Below are positions 29,702 to 39,381 of a DNA stretch of 64,000 nt, in pieces (the stretch's first letter is position 1; each line of letters begins with the position of its first letter). The stretch covers positions 18,552 through 82,551 of the IMG/VR virus record IMGVR_UViG_3300032283_000554. One strand, given 5' to 3'. The notes under the pieces are model-generated. The model was not told where the DNA came from. It did no database searches and saw only the letters and a program-made list of their open reading frames with translations. The translations under genes and the position numbers were made by a program. Source of the stretch: a virus (taxonomy: Duplodnaviria; Caudoviricetes).

Positions 29702-30997
29702 TTATCCTATTACAACTACTCTATATTCTCCAGATGCTGGTGCAACTGCAAATTTAATAGTTACTACTGAATCTGATGTGTGCTCAACATCTGCCTCTAT
29801 TTGTGCATATGGTGAAGCAACTTCATAAATGGCAGTCACTATGTCTTTTGTACCTAAATTGTGAGTTACCGTATAAGATGTTGCTGAAGTATTAAGAGTT
29901 GTTTTATACTTTCTTGTTATCTCATGGTAATTTGTGCCATCATTTGTTAATGTCCATTGATCTGCCGTTTCGTTCCATAGAAGCTCTACGTCTGCAGAGG
30001 TTCCACGGTTTACCTTTACTCCAGCATCTGCTGAAGGTGCGCCAGTGACGTTGGTATTAAGAACTACCTTATTGTCAACAATATTAACTTCTGTTGTGCT
30101 TATAGAGTTAATAGATCCTTGAACATCAAGGTTTCCACCAATGCTTAAGTTACCAGTAATTGATACATCATCTGGCAATCCAATAGTTACTGCTGCGGAT
30201 TCTGATCCAGAGCCTGATACTGTAATTTCTCCAGATGTTCCTGCAATTGTTGAAACATAGCTTCCAGTTGTATCAGTTCCGAGGGCAACTGAGTTTGGCT
30301 CAATTGTAGTTGATATTGTAACATCACCCAAATTGGTCATTGTTGCAGAACCAGCTACATCTCCTGAAAGTGTAATTACTGGATCTTTATTAAGAGACAC
30401 TGCTCCTGCTGTAACTGTAAAGTCTGTTGAGCTAAATGAAGCTACACCCTTATTTGTATAGGTTGCATCTTCTGCAGATACTGTAATTGTATTATTTGTT
30501 ACCGCTACATCGATGCCTTCTCCGCCAGCAACTGTAAGTGTGTCTGTAAGAAGATCAACTGTATCCGTTCCAGTATCTCCAGCAACTGAAAGGTTAGTTG
30601 CTACGTTTACTGTTCCTGCTGCAGTTAAACGACCTTGAGCGTCAACTGTAAATGTAGGAATTGCTGTTGTTGATCCATATGAACCAGCAGTTACAGATGT
30701 ATTGTCTAAATCAATTGTTGTTGTTCCAGCTGGGTCACCGTATGTTGCTGTTAGCCCAACTCCGCCAACAATAGAAGCACCAATTACATCTTGTATAACT
30801 TCTGTGGAGCCAGACATCGGCATCCATGGACCGTTAGGTGATGATAGTCCATTGTAGTAATACATTGTGCTATTTGATGTATCGTAGTAAATCTGTCCAA
30901 CTACTGGGTTTGAAGGCGCTGAGCCTAAGTTTTGGATTCTAGCATTGAGCAACTCATTCTTGTTGAGATCAACGCTAACTAAAAATTTTCTTGCCAT
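29702..30997 (-). CDS. Tail fibre/virion structural protein
   Basis: DLNKNELLNARIQNL..APSNP..GQIYY; AGSYGSTTAIPTFTVDAQGRLTAA; VTHNLGT. Confidence 0.7.
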   Translation of the reverse strand: MARKFLVSVDLNKNELLNARIQNLGSAPSNPVVGQIYYDTSNSTMYYYNGLSSPNGPWMPMSGSTEVIQDVIGASIVGGVGLTATYGDPAGTTTIDLDNTSVTAGSYGSTTAIPTFTVDAQGRLTAAGTVNVATNLSVAGDTGTDTVDLLTDTLTVAGGEGIDVAVTNNTITVSAEDATYTNKGVASFSSTDFTVTAGAVSLNKDPVITLSGDVAGSATMTNLGDVTISTTIEPNSVALGTDTTGSYVSTIAGTSGEITVSGSGSESAAVTIGLPDDVSITGNLSIGGNLDVQGSINSISTTEVNIVDNKVVLNTNVTGAPSADAGVKVNRGTSADVELLWNETADQWTLTNDGTNYHEITRKYKTTLNTSATSYTVTHNLGTKDIVTAIYEVASPYAQIEADVEHTSDSVVTIKFAVAPASGEYRVVVIG

Positions 30998-31008
30998 TTG
31001 CTATCTCC

Positions 31009-31449
31009 TTATGACAGGTATGCTGTCCCTGAAAATGGTTGAGCCATTGTCAGTGTTATTTGGTTAGTGCTATTGTAATCTATTCCAGTTTCTAAAATAT
31101 CTCCTGCGCTTGATTTGACTGTAACGTTTGGTTGATACCCAAGCCCATGACTAATAACAACAGAATACACTCCTAGGGTTGGCCCAGTAACCTGAGCAAG
31201 CTCCCAAGAATAAGCTAGCGTATTGTTTGTTAAAAATATTTTCCTTGATCCTGACCATGTTACATCAGAAACCTTTGGTCCGTGAAAAGCAGAAGATACC
31301 GTGTCATAATAAAAATCTCCAGTAAGTCCTAAATTTGCTGCTGGATCTCCAGATCCATTTAGAATAGTTCTTCCTCTTGGGCCTTGTGGTCCAGGTGAAG
31401 AGATTATGACTTTGTTTATTTGCTCTTTAACAACTACGGATTCTACCAT
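31009..31449 (-). CDS. Virion protein with short collagen-like motif
   Basis: PGPQGPRG..ILNGSGDP...GDFY...HGLGYQPNV. Confidence 0.6.
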   Translation of the reverse strand: MVESVVVKEQINKVIISSPGPQGPRGRTILNGSGDPAANLGLTGDFYYDTVSSAFHGPKVSDVTWSGSRKIFLTNNTLAYSWELAQVTGPTLGVYSVVISHGLGYQPNVTVKSSAGDILETGIDYNSTNQITLTMAQPFSGTAYLS

Positions 31450-31796
31450 TATATAGTCACCGACCTATTTAGGGTTATAAACCCTTCAAGGAGTTTTATT
31501 TTATTCGCATTAGTATCTACGACCATAATGTCATATACTGACTTTGGGTAAAAGAGTTTATTTGTTTGAGTTGGTGTAAGTGTTACAGTTACTTTTCCAA
31601 GGGGTCCATTTATTACTATACCGCCACTTGGAGATGTTAAAGTTACTGCTAGCTTTGTTCCACCTTTTACATCACGTACCTGCATTTTTGCAGATGCGCC
31701 AGTAAGATCAATCGCATTATCATTGTCGTCTTTATATTCTACTACAAAGCTGAATGTTGCATTTTGATCTACTTCGAAATTCTTTTGTCCTGCCAT
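31449..31796 (-). CDS. Virion Ig-like/BppU-N-like protein
   Basis: NFEVDQNATF...IDLTGASAKMQVR...YDI...KLLEG. Confidence 0.6.
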   Translation of the reverse strand: MAGQKNFEVDQNATFSFVVEYKDDNDNAIDLTGASAKMQVRDVKGGTKLAVTLTSPSGGIVINGPLGKVTVTLTPTQTNKLFYPKSVYDIMVVDTNANKIKLLEGFITLNRSVTI

Positions 31797-31868
31797 TTGC
31801 CATAGTCTCCTAAATAGGAATACTCCTGTACTAATTTTAGCACAGGAGTATTTCTAATTGACTATTTT

Positions 31869-32102
31869 TTACTTTTTGGTAAATCCGAACGATGGCTCGT
31901 TTGGATTAAGTGCTTTCAAAATTACGGGTGCTGTGGCAGCAAATCCGCCAAGTAGTAGGTCTCTTGGACTAGTGTTGCCAGTCATATATAGAGCAATTGC
32001 TGCTCCTAGAAAATGACGTCCATAACTTGCTAGTGCTGCTAGAATCTTCTCTTGCATTGTAACCTTTCCATCTCCATTAAGATCTTCTTTAGCTTTTGCC
32101 AT
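31869..32102 (-). CDS. Putative holin
   Basis: 77 aa, two hydrophobic segments, ASYGRHFLGAAIALY...LKALNPNEPSFG. Confidence 0.55.
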   Translation of the reverse strand: MAKAKEDLNGDGKVTMQEKILAALASYGRHFLGAAIALYMTGNTSPRDLLLGGFAATAPVILKALNPNEPSFGFTKK

Positions 32103-32174
32103 TTTTGATCCTCCTTATTTCTAGGCAGGAAGCCTAGGAATTTTGAGCCTTAGCCCAATTCTATAATTGTACCA

Positions 32175-34109
32175 CTATGCGCTAATATCTACCAATTCGC
32201 AATTTCCATCAGAGCTACAGGCAAGTGTTGCGTTTGTAGAAGTTCCATCCTCTGTCTCATAGAAAGATAGATCTTCCCAGCGAATGTTTTTAGGCATTTT
32301 TGCAACAACGGATTCGTACTCTGCCTTTTCTACTTCTTGATACGGAGCCTGCTTGTATGAGTGATCTGAATGCGGTAAAAATGAAATTCCAGACACTTCG
32401 TCAAAATGCTTGTATACCCAAGCTCCTACTTCCATCCATTCATCTTCTTTGACAGAAACGGTAATTGAAGGCTTATGTTCACACCAAGCACGTTGGTAAA
32501 CTAGCCAAATATTTAGATGCTCAATAGCCGTTAAATCATTTCTTACAATTGCGCCTTCTGGTGCTTTTACTGGAAAAGAAAAAACATATGTTTCGTTTGG
32601 TTTCATAAAATCATCTTCTACTGGAATTCCAACTTCTTTAAGAAATACAGAGATTGGATCACCCTTTGAGCCACGAACAGTTCTAATGTAGTAAGGAGAA
32701 TGCCAAGCATGCATACCAGAAGAAACTCCAACTAGTTGAGACACGGTTCCTGATGGCTTTACACAAGTAATAGCTGCAGATTCTGGGATTCCAATTTTGT
32801 CTGCTTCTTTTTTATTTGTTTCTCTTGCTGATTCTCTAAGAGTCATTAAAAATGCTTCTAATGAAACAAGATCCTCTTTGCCTGACATAAACTTGTGTCC
32901 AAATTGCCCAGTTAAAGAAACTCCTAGTAGGCGCTCTTCTTCGGTGTTGTCTTTCCAAATTTTTCTAAGATACTTAAAGTCTGTAAGCGTTGATTGCCAT
33001 GTTCCAAGGATAGTTGCAAGCTCAACCTTGCGTTCAATATCTTTCTTTGTATCACTTTCACGTAAAACGACTTCTGAAAGATTACAAAACTGGTAAGGAC
33101 GTAAAATAATTTCTGAGCAGGGATTAGTTCCGTAGTGTATATCTGGATCTCTTCTTCCAAATTTTGCTGCCTGGGCTTGAGCTGCGGCCACATTGTATAT
33201 ACCTCGCTCTCCTGATTTTGAATCATAAAGTGATTTCCATTCTGCAATAAACTGCTCCATGTCTGGCTTGCGTGAATACGCAACAGAATTATTTGACAAT
33301 GCTCGTTGTGGACTTTGTTCCCACCAGTTTCCTGATTTAGCTTGAGCCATTTCTATGTCGTTAATATTTGAAAGAGAAATCATTGCCGAACGACGAACTC
33401 CTCCTACAACAACTACTTCACCAATCTTGCACATTATGTCATGGCATTCAATTGGCTTAAGACTTCTTCCTGCTGCATTTTTAAATTTTGCAATTGTAAA
33501 ATCAAAAAGGTTCACCAGGGGCTGTGGACCAGATGATCTTCCACCCATTGTTTTAAGTCTTGCGCCTGCGGGACGAACTTTAGAAACATCTATTGCAGGA
33601 ATCTGTCCTGACCAAAGTAGCGCTAGCAATTCACGGTATGCTTTTGCCCAACCCTGCTTTGAATCTTCTACTGTAATTACTGTAGTTGATTTTTCTAATG
33701 TTTCTGGGACGGCAGGAAGCTTATTAATATATTTATACTCAACAGAAAATCCTACACCTGTACCGCACATAAGAATGTACATTGTCTCATCAAATGAACG
33801 TGGTGAATCAACTGGAAGGAATGCACAATTGTACCCAGCTACATTATCTCTATCTAACGCTGCTCCTGAAGTCATCACGGAGCGCATTGAGGGCATGACA
33901 TTTCTTTGAAATACACCGTCTTTTAATTCCGCTACAAGCTTCTCAGTTGGAATGTAATTGTGGTTTTGCTTTAGATGATTCAAAATATAGTCAAAATATC
34001 TATCTACTGTTTCACCCCACGTTTCACGACGGTTCTCTTCTGGAATCCATCTAGCGTAACGCGATAACGCAATAAAATTTTCGTAAGGGTTTGCAATAGT
34101 ATTTGACAT
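32175..34109 (-). CDS. nrdJ: Class II (adenosylcobalamin-dependent) ribonucleotide reductase
   Basis: SRYARW..RRETW.ETVDRY; YNC; VVGGVRRSA; TNPCSEI; TCVKPSGT; WCEHKPSIT; C-terminal CSSDGNC. Confidence 0.92.
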   Translation of the reverse strand: MSNTIANPYENFIALSRYARWIPEENRRETWGETVDRYFDYILNHLKQNHNYIPTEKLVAELKDGVFQRNVMPSMRSVMTSGAALDRDNVAGYNCAFLPVDSPRSFDETMYILMCGTGVGFSVEYKYINKLPAVPETLEKSTTVITVEDSKQGWAKAYRELLALLWSGQIPAIDVSKVRPAGARLKTMGGRSSGPQPLVNLFDFTIAKFKNAAGRSLKPIECHDIMCKIGEVVVVGGVRRSAMISLSNINDIEMAQAKSGNWWEQSPQRALSNNSVAYSRKPDMEQFIAEWKSLYDSKSGERGIYNVAAAQAQAAKFGRRDPDIHYGTNPCSEIILRPYQFCNLSEVVLRESDTKKDIERKVELATILGTWQSTLTDFKYLRKIWKDNTEEERLLGVSLTGQFGHKFMSGKEDLVSLEAFLMTLRESARETNKKEADKIGIPESAAITCVKPSGTVSQLVGVSSGMHAWHSPYYIRTVRGSKGDPISVFLKEVGIPVEDDFMKPNETYVFSFPVKAPEGAIVRNDLTAIEHLNIWLVYQRAWCEHKPSITVSVKEDEWMEVGAWVYKHFDEVSGISFLPHSDHSYKQAPYQEVEKAEYESVVAKMPKNIRWEDLSFYETEDGTSTNATLACSSDGNCELVDISA

Positions 34110-34264
34110 TTATAGTACCTGTTTCTCCGCCTAGCGGTCTAATTTAATTTAAGTAGATTCCTATTCTACCAAACTTTTTTAAGCATGGGAAGAGCATTAA
34201 ATTAAAAGTAAAAAAAACAGCCTTATTATTAGTTAACTAAAACAAAGATAATATTATCTCTGGG

Positions 34265-34294
34265 TTGACAGATTAAACTTTTTAATGGTATTCT
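34265..34294 (+). promoter_or_regulatory. Sigma70-type promoter for the transglycosylase gene
   Basis: TTGACA-N18-TATTCT with extended TG. Confidence 0.55.
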
Positions 34295-34327
34295 TATAGT
34301 TCGTTATCTCTATTGGAGGAAATGCCT

Positions 34328-34888
34328 ATGGAGAATATAAAAGAAAAACTTAGCGATGTTTTACATCACTATGTTGCAATATCAGTAGCTGTATTGTTTT
34401 TATTTACTGGTCAACCAGAAATGATTCAATCAGCATCTGCTCTGGTTTTAAAACCAGATGTAAAAACCGAAGCACAACTTAACAAGGAAAAGCTGAAGCA
34501 ATTCAGTAATACTGTGTGGAAACCATCTGAATCTTTAACAGATACAGAATTGGTTGAACTTCTCGAAGCCGTAGGCTTTGAGGGTAGCGCCCTTAAAATG
34601 GCGTGGGCTGTGGCTAAAAAGGAGTCTAATGGACGCCCAATGGCTTATAACGGCAACAGGAAAACTGGAGACAGTTCCTACGGAATTTTTCAGATCAACA
34701 TGTTGGGAAACCTAGGTGATGATCGTAAAGAAAAATTCAAACTGGATAGTAACTACTCGTTATTTGATCCAGCAATCAACGCAGAGATAACGTATTATAT
34801 GACCAATGGCGGTCAAGATTGGTCGTCATGGAAAGGCTTAACCGCTAAGACAAAAGAGTGGATAAGCAAGTTTCCATCTAAAAGTTAG
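34328..34888 (+). CDS. Lysozyme-like/lytic transglycosylase with N-terminal signal or anchor
   Basis: AWAVAKKESNG...DSSYGIFQINM...LFDPAINA...WSSW; hydrophobic N-terminus. Confidence 0.8.
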   Translation: MENIKEKLSDVLHHYVAISVAVLFLFTGQPEMIQSASALVLKPDVKTEAQLNKEKLKQFSNTVWKPSESLTDTELVELLEAVGFEGSALKMAWAVAKKESNGRPMAYNGNRKTGDSSYGIFQINMLGNLGDDRKEKFKLDSNYSLFDPAINAEITYYMTNGGQDWSSWKGLTAKTKEWISKFPSKS

Positions 34889-34900
34889 AAAGGATTTATC

Positions 34901-35122
34901 ATTAAGATACAACTAGTATCTGAATATCTAAACCTTTCAAGAGAAGGTCTTGTTTCAGAAATGGCTTGCCCATTAGATCAAGGCCTTCTCTTTTCTAACA
35001 CAGACAACGAAGATAAAGTTTTTATTTATTGTGTTTCTTGTAAATACAAAAGCTATGTCGGTACAGCCCTTTATAGCAAAATGGTGAAAGAAATAGAAAA
35101 TGCAGATAGAAAGCAAGTTTAA
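34901..35122 (+). CDS. Small Cys-containing protein with probable ATT start
   Basis: AGAAAGGA RBS then ATT AAG ATA CAA; IKIQLVSEYLNLSREGLVSEMACPLDQG...YCVSCKY; fills the gap in the operon. Confidence 0.55.
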   Translation: MKIQLVSEYLNLSREGLVSEMACPLDQGLLFSNTDNEDKVFIYCVSCKYKSYVGTALYSKMVKEIENADRKQV

Positions 35123-35294
35123 CAAAGACTTAGTTTTAGATATGTCTTCTAATATTCCATGTGCACATATACCTAGAGCATTTCTTGCTGAAAAAGCATT
35201 AAATGTTATACAGTCATATTTAGAGCTAGCTAAAGTTCGCGGCTTAAATACAATTGATGAAGTGCTTGAAGATATAAAAGCAAAAAATGACTGA
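35100..35294 (+). CDS. Hypothetical protein
   Basis: ORF track; overlaps neighbours in an operon. Confidence 0.55.
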   Translation: MQIESKFNKDLVLDMSSNIPCAHIPRAFLAEKALNVIQSYLELAKVRGLNTIDEVLEDIKAKND

Positions 35295-35490
35295 AACTAA
35301 TTCTAGCAACCTAGAAGACAATCTTCCTATGGTAAATTACATAATGCTTCATAGAATATATGACGTATTATGCCTAATTGCAAAACAGGGTGGGGATGTT
35401 AAAGAAATAGAGAAAATGGTAGAATATCATAAAGAAGGATTCTTGCTGGGACCTTCCCCAGCATTTATTTCTGAGGAGAATAATGAATAG
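35287..35490 (+). CDS. Hypothetical protein
   Basis: ORF track; operon arrangement. Confidence 0.6.
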   Translation: MTETNSSNLEDNLPMVNYIMLHRIYDVLCLIAKQGGDVKEIEKMVEYHKEGFLLGPSPAFISEENNE

Positions 35491-35668
35491 AGAAGAAATA
35501 ATTGACCTCATGACTGAGGTTTTTAGCGAAACAAATAAGAGCATGGCTCTGGCAAGCGGGATGGAAGAAGCTGAAGTAGATAAATTTATTGAACAAAGCA
35601 CTCCCTCTATTAATCATGCCTTGAGTGCTGTTTATGATGTGCTTCTTGAAAAAGAGCTTGTTAAATAG
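35483..35668 (+). CDS. Hypothetical protein
   Basis: GAGGAG RBS; operon arrangement. Confidence 0.6.
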   Translation: MNREEIIDLMTEVFSETNKSMALASGMEEAEVDKFIEQSTPSINHALSAVYDVLLEKELVK

Positions 35669-35702
35669 TATTGCTTTGTCAAAAAACATGTACTACAATA
35701 TA

Positions 35703-35790
35703 AGTGTGTGATATTAATTACACTATGCGGATATAACGCAACAAATACCCTAAAGGATCCGCCTCCTTTAGGGTTTTTTGTTTAAGGGGT
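35703..35790 (+). ncRNA. Candidate small RNA or leader ending in an intrinsic terminator
   Basis: TTGCTT...TACAAT promoter, two small hairpins, then accctaaagga-tccgcc-tcctttagggt followed by a T-run. Confidence 0.4.
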
Positions 35791-35793
35791 AAA

Positions 35794-36426
35794 ATGGACT
35801 CATATTTAAGCAGATGGACAGAAGATAAAGATTTTGTAAAACTTCATAACGATTTTAATTTAATATGCAACATAAACAATGTTATGGATAACGCTTTGTA
35901 TGCAAGAATATACATACTTAGACAATTAGCAAAATACCAATCTGTAGTCAACCCTAATTTAAATTTTGCTGAGACTGGCGTTTATGCTGGAATGACAATG
36001 TTTTTTACCGCCGAGTTTTGCAATAAATCTTTTATAGGAATTGATTCTTGGGAAGGTGTTTCTGAACCAGGAGAATTTGATACAGAGTACTTTAAAACAA
36101 TAAAATTAAAATCTGAAATGGCGTGGGCAAAAAATAACCTTTCAAGGTACAACAATATAGAATTAAAAAAGGGGTGGATCCCAGAAGTTTTTAAAGACAT
36201 AGAAGATAAACAATATTCATTTGTGCACGTAGATGTAGACCTACATAAACCTACAAAAGAATCCATAGAATACTTTTGGCCTAAAATAGTTTCTGGAGGA
36301 GTGTTAATATGTGATGACTATGGATCCTATAAAACAGAAGGATCTAGAAAAGCTGTTAATGACTATTTTGAAAATCACAACATACTTGAGCTTCCTACTG
36401 GCCAAGCTATTATATGGAAGAAATGA
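35794..36426 (+). CDS. TylF/MycF-like O-methyltransferase
   Basis: ETGVYAG...IDSWEG...KGWIPEVF...FVHVDVDL...GGVLICDDYG. Confidence 0.85.
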   Translation: MDSYLSRWTEDKDFVKLHNDFNLICNINNVMDNALYARIYILRQLAKYQSVVNPNLNFAETGVYAGMTMFFTAEFCNKSFIGIDSWEGVSEPGEFDTEYFKTIKLKSEMAWAKNNLSRYNNIELKKGWIPEVFKDIEDKQYSFVHVDVDLHKPTKESIEYFWPKIVSGGVLICDDYGSYKTEGSRKAVNDYFENHNILELPTGQAIIWKK

Positions 36427-36438
36427 TACAATAATACT

Positions 36439-37089
36439 ATGACTACTTGGCTAAAAAAAGAATTTGAAGATAGTGGATATACTGTAGAAACTCCTATTGA
36501 TGGGCTTCTTGTTGTTAAAAATTTTATAACAGAAGAAGAAATTAAGATATACATGGATATTATTAATAACACAACTGAAGAAGAATGGGATAAGTGGTAT
36601 ACAGACCAGCTAAAAGTTTTCTGTAAACAAAAATTTGGAAGAGAAGATGTTGAAAATTTAGTTAAAGAAGGTTTGTACGAAATAACATCAAATTGGAACG
36701 ACAAAAATCTTTCCTTTATAAACTCAGAAATTCATAGAAGAATAGATAAAAGATTTAACGACGTTCTTGAAAAATCTAAAGAGGATTTGATTTTAAGTGG
36801 GTTCTATTTTATTCAAAGAATGTACGATGGAACTCAGTTAGTTTCTCATCATGATCAAAACACAGACGGATCAGTTCAACACGCTGCAGTTATATATATA
36901 AATAATGACTACAACGGTGGTGAAATTTTTTGGGCCCATAAGGATTTTGAAATGACTCCAGAGCCTGGTGATCTTTTATTATTTGGTGGGGATCCAGAAT
37001 GGGAACACGGAGTAAGGTTTGTAACATCAGGACCTATGAGATATGTTCTTCCAGGATTTATAAAGATACCTAATTTTTACAAAAATTAA
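36439..37089 (+). CDS. 2OG-Fe(II) oxygenase
   Basis: HHD...YINNDYNGGEI...HGV...RY. Confidence 0.85.
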   Translation: MTTWLKKEFEDSGYTVETPIDGLLVVKNFITEEEIKIYMDIINNTTEEEWDKWYTDQLKVFCKQKFGREDVENLVKEGLYEITSNWNDKNLSFINSEIHRRIDKRFNDVLEKSKEDLILSGFYFIQRMYDGTQLVSHHDQNTDGSVQHAAVIYINNDYNGGEIFWAHKDFEMTPEPGDLLLFGGDPEWEHGVRFVTSGPMRYVLPGFIKIPNFYKN

Positions 37090-37095
37090 TTTTTG

Positions 37096-37647
37096 TTAAG
37101 ATAGAGTAACGCACAAAATAAGAGAATCTTCTTCTCCTGAATTTGATATATCTTCATTATAAGGGCTTGTAAGAATGCAGTATGCTTCATTAGCACCAAA
37201 AGTTTTTTCTGGGAAAGTGCTTGTCTTTAAACTTCCGTCTAATACAATAAAAAGCTTATATTGCTCATCGCTGTCATCCACTACTTCTGATTCATAAAAA
37301 ACACTATTTGTATACGTAAATGGTTCAGAGTTAGAGTAAGCAATTGTATAATATTTGCTGACTGTTGGGAAAGAACCATTTTTTGTCTGAAAAAGATCTG
37401 CAAGTTTTGTTCTAGTTTCAACAAAAATAGGTTTTACTAAAAATCTTGAATGAGAATAAACAGTCTTAGTCACATTACCATCAACTTCAACATGCTTCTC
37501 TTCATCTGTTGCAGTATTAAGCCAATCTTTGAGTGCAGATATATCTGCTTCCGTCATAGTGAGCAGAAAAGTTTCTTTTGCTGCAACATATGCCCCTGTT
37601 ATTGCTGGTTCATCTCCAGCGTGAGTTACGTCGTCTAGTATTCCCAT
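37096..37647 (-). CDS. Hypothetical protein, possible cupin-like C-terminus
   Basis: FIVLDGSL...ISNSGEEDSLILCV; metal ligands not evident. Confidence 0.5.
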   Translation of the reverse strand: MGILDDVTHAGDEPAITGAYVAAKETFLLTMTEADISALKDWLNTATDEEKHVEVDGNVTKTVYSHSRFLVKPIFVETRTKLADLFQTKNGSFPTVSKYYTIAYSNSEPFTYTNSVFYESEVVDDSDEQYKLFIVLDGSLKTSTFPEKTFGANEAYCILTSPYNEDISNSGEEDSLILCVTLS

Positions 37648-37940
37648 TAGTTTGCTACCTTCCATTCTTCAAATGCTTGAATATCTTCTTGTGTTCCAAA
37701 ATTTGTAACTAAATACTCTTGAGATTCTCTGATCTTTGCAATCTGGTCTTCTTCAGACAATTCTGCAAGTCCTAGGTTTTCCTGGTATGCAATTGTTAGA
37801 TTTCCATCTCTAATTGCTTCATCAGTATCTTCTTTAGACATTGATTCGTTGGCTGCTTTAAATTCTGCAATTAATGCAACGTCAAACTTTGCCCAAATTG
37901 CTTGAACTCTATCTGCAGTAAGTGTTTTGAAAAATCCCAT
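37647..37940 (-). CDS. Hypothetical acidic protein
   Basis: AGGAG RBS; 97 aa. Confidence 0.65.
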   Translation of the reverse strand: MGFFKTLTADRVQAIWAKFDVALIAEFKAANESMSKEDTDEAIRDGNLTIAYQENLGLAELSEEDQIAKIRESQEYLVTNFGTQEDIQAFEEWKVAN

Positions 37941-38203
37941 TATGTATCTCCTTTAATTTTTAAGAATAAGTATATTATACCCTACATATTCTACAGATTC
38001 AATCTTAAAAAGTGCGGCGAAAAGTGAGCCGAAAATTAGAGACCATCATTTTCACCTTCATATAAACTTCTCAAATACTCCATATGAGCTAGCTTTTGTT
38101 CCTCAGAGCCAATTTTATGCTCTACTGGTACACCAGCCCATAGAATAAAAAAGAGGGCGGAAAGAGGAACATCATAAGCTATCATATTAGTATTATACTC
38201 CAT

Positions 38204-38217
38204 GTTTCACGTGAAAC
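38204..38217. promoter_or_regulatory. parS-like ParB-binding palindrome GTTTCACGTGAAAC
   Basis: Exact 14-bp actinobacterial parS core; 15/16 match to TGTTTCACGTGAAACA; intergenic. Confidence 0.8.
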
Positions 38218-38345
38218 CAATTAGGCCTAGATATTAAAAAATAGGAAGATCGATATAACAAGAAAGCAAAGTGCAATAAATCTGATCTTCTTTTTTCTTG
38301 GCCATTCATCTGGCACTCTTACTTGATCCATATTCTACTCCTTTG

Positions 38346-38420
38346 TAGGCCTATTGGGATTTGAACCCAAAGTCGATTGCATATAAGACAATTGCTTTAA
38401 CCAGATTAAGCTATAGGCCC
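38346..38420 (-). tRNA. tRNA-Ile(UAU)
   Basis: GGGCCTA/TAGGCCT acceptor; anticodon arm attgt-CTTATAT-gcaat; GGTTCAAATCC T-arm; no encoded CCA. Confidence 0.85.
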
Positions 38421-38499
38421 TTATATTAGCCTATTATCTGGTACATAATGCCAAGGATGAAAGTCATTACAGTTACTATGGCTATTGCCAAAAGAAGTT

Positions 38500-38607
38500 T
38501 CACTGTTCTATCCCCGTTTTTTTAAAAATTGAATCTAGGACTTCATCCATAGAATCATCTATTGTTCTAGTATGTTGTCTTGAACAGTTTCCACATTCTC
38601 TACACAT
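38500..38607 (-). CDS. Small MCxxCGxC peptide (35 aa)
   Basis: MCRECGNCSRQHTRTIDD...; AGGTG RBS. Confidence 0.5.
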   Translation of the reverse strand: MCRECGNCSRQHTRTIDDSMDEVLDSIFKKTGIEQ

Positions 38608-39125
38608 ACTTATCACCTATTTGTCTTATATCTTTTAATACTTTATCTGGGGATATTAGATTTTAGGAAAGCCCCCCTACCCCCCAAATTTTTTCTTTTT
38701 GGAAAGATAGAGAAAGCAATTCCTGGAACATATATCAACAGATGTTATCTGGTACATATTGAGTTTCAGGGTAAGCCCCCCACAAAGCAAACTAAGTGTA
38801 GCATTTTACTTTTACCAAAGTCAATAGCTTATATAACAGCTATGTTGATCAAGTAGTATCTTACCATATTCCCCGCCATATATTCTAGTTGACTGCTTTT
38901 TAAGATCTATGAAAATGTTAATATATTTTTTACATGTATGATACACAATTTGGGCAAAACGGACATTTTGGATAGTGCGCCCATGTTTTAGCGTGTTTTG
39001 TGATGCATCTCACACGATTTTTTTGTGACTTGCAACACAATGTCCGAATTATACGCATTTTGAATTAGACATTTGTCAGACCCCCATGCTATGCTTAAGG
39101 TATAACAAAAAGAAAGGTGTTCAAG

Positions 39126-39272
39126 ATGAATACATTTGAAAGAATACAGAAAGAGCAAGCGGAAAAGCGTATTGCTCAAAGAATTAAGGATAAGGCTATA
39201 GTAGAGGCTATGTTTTCTAATAACCCTCGCCCTTTAAATAACGCTTACCTACTAGCAAAAGAGGAAAACTAG
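39126..39272 (+). CDS. Small hypothetical early protein (48 aa)
   Basis: GAAAGG RBS after the promoter at 39074; MNTFERIQKEQ... Confidence 0.6.
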   Translation: MNTFERIQKEQAEKRIAQRIKDKAIVEAMFSNNPRPLNNAYLLAKEEN

Positions 39273-39381
39273 TGTGACTAAGGTCACAAAAATACTTTTG
39301 CGACACACCCCCCTAACCTCCCCAATTTGTCAGACCCCCATGCTACAATTACAGAATAACAACAACGAAAGGTCAGAATAA

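Noticed and set aside
32175-34109. Intein or intron in the ribonucleotide reductase
   Set aside because: The ORF is continuous and of compact length, with no intein splice motifs or homing endonuclease insert.
34110-34320. Cobalamin or c-di-AMP riboswitch between nrdJ and the transglycosylase
   Set aside because: The region is AT-rich, with promoter elements only and no recognisable riboswitch core.
38670-38782. C-tracts as a G-quadruplex on the minus strand
   Set aside because: Only two adjacent long G-runs plus a distant one; insufficient support without further evidence.
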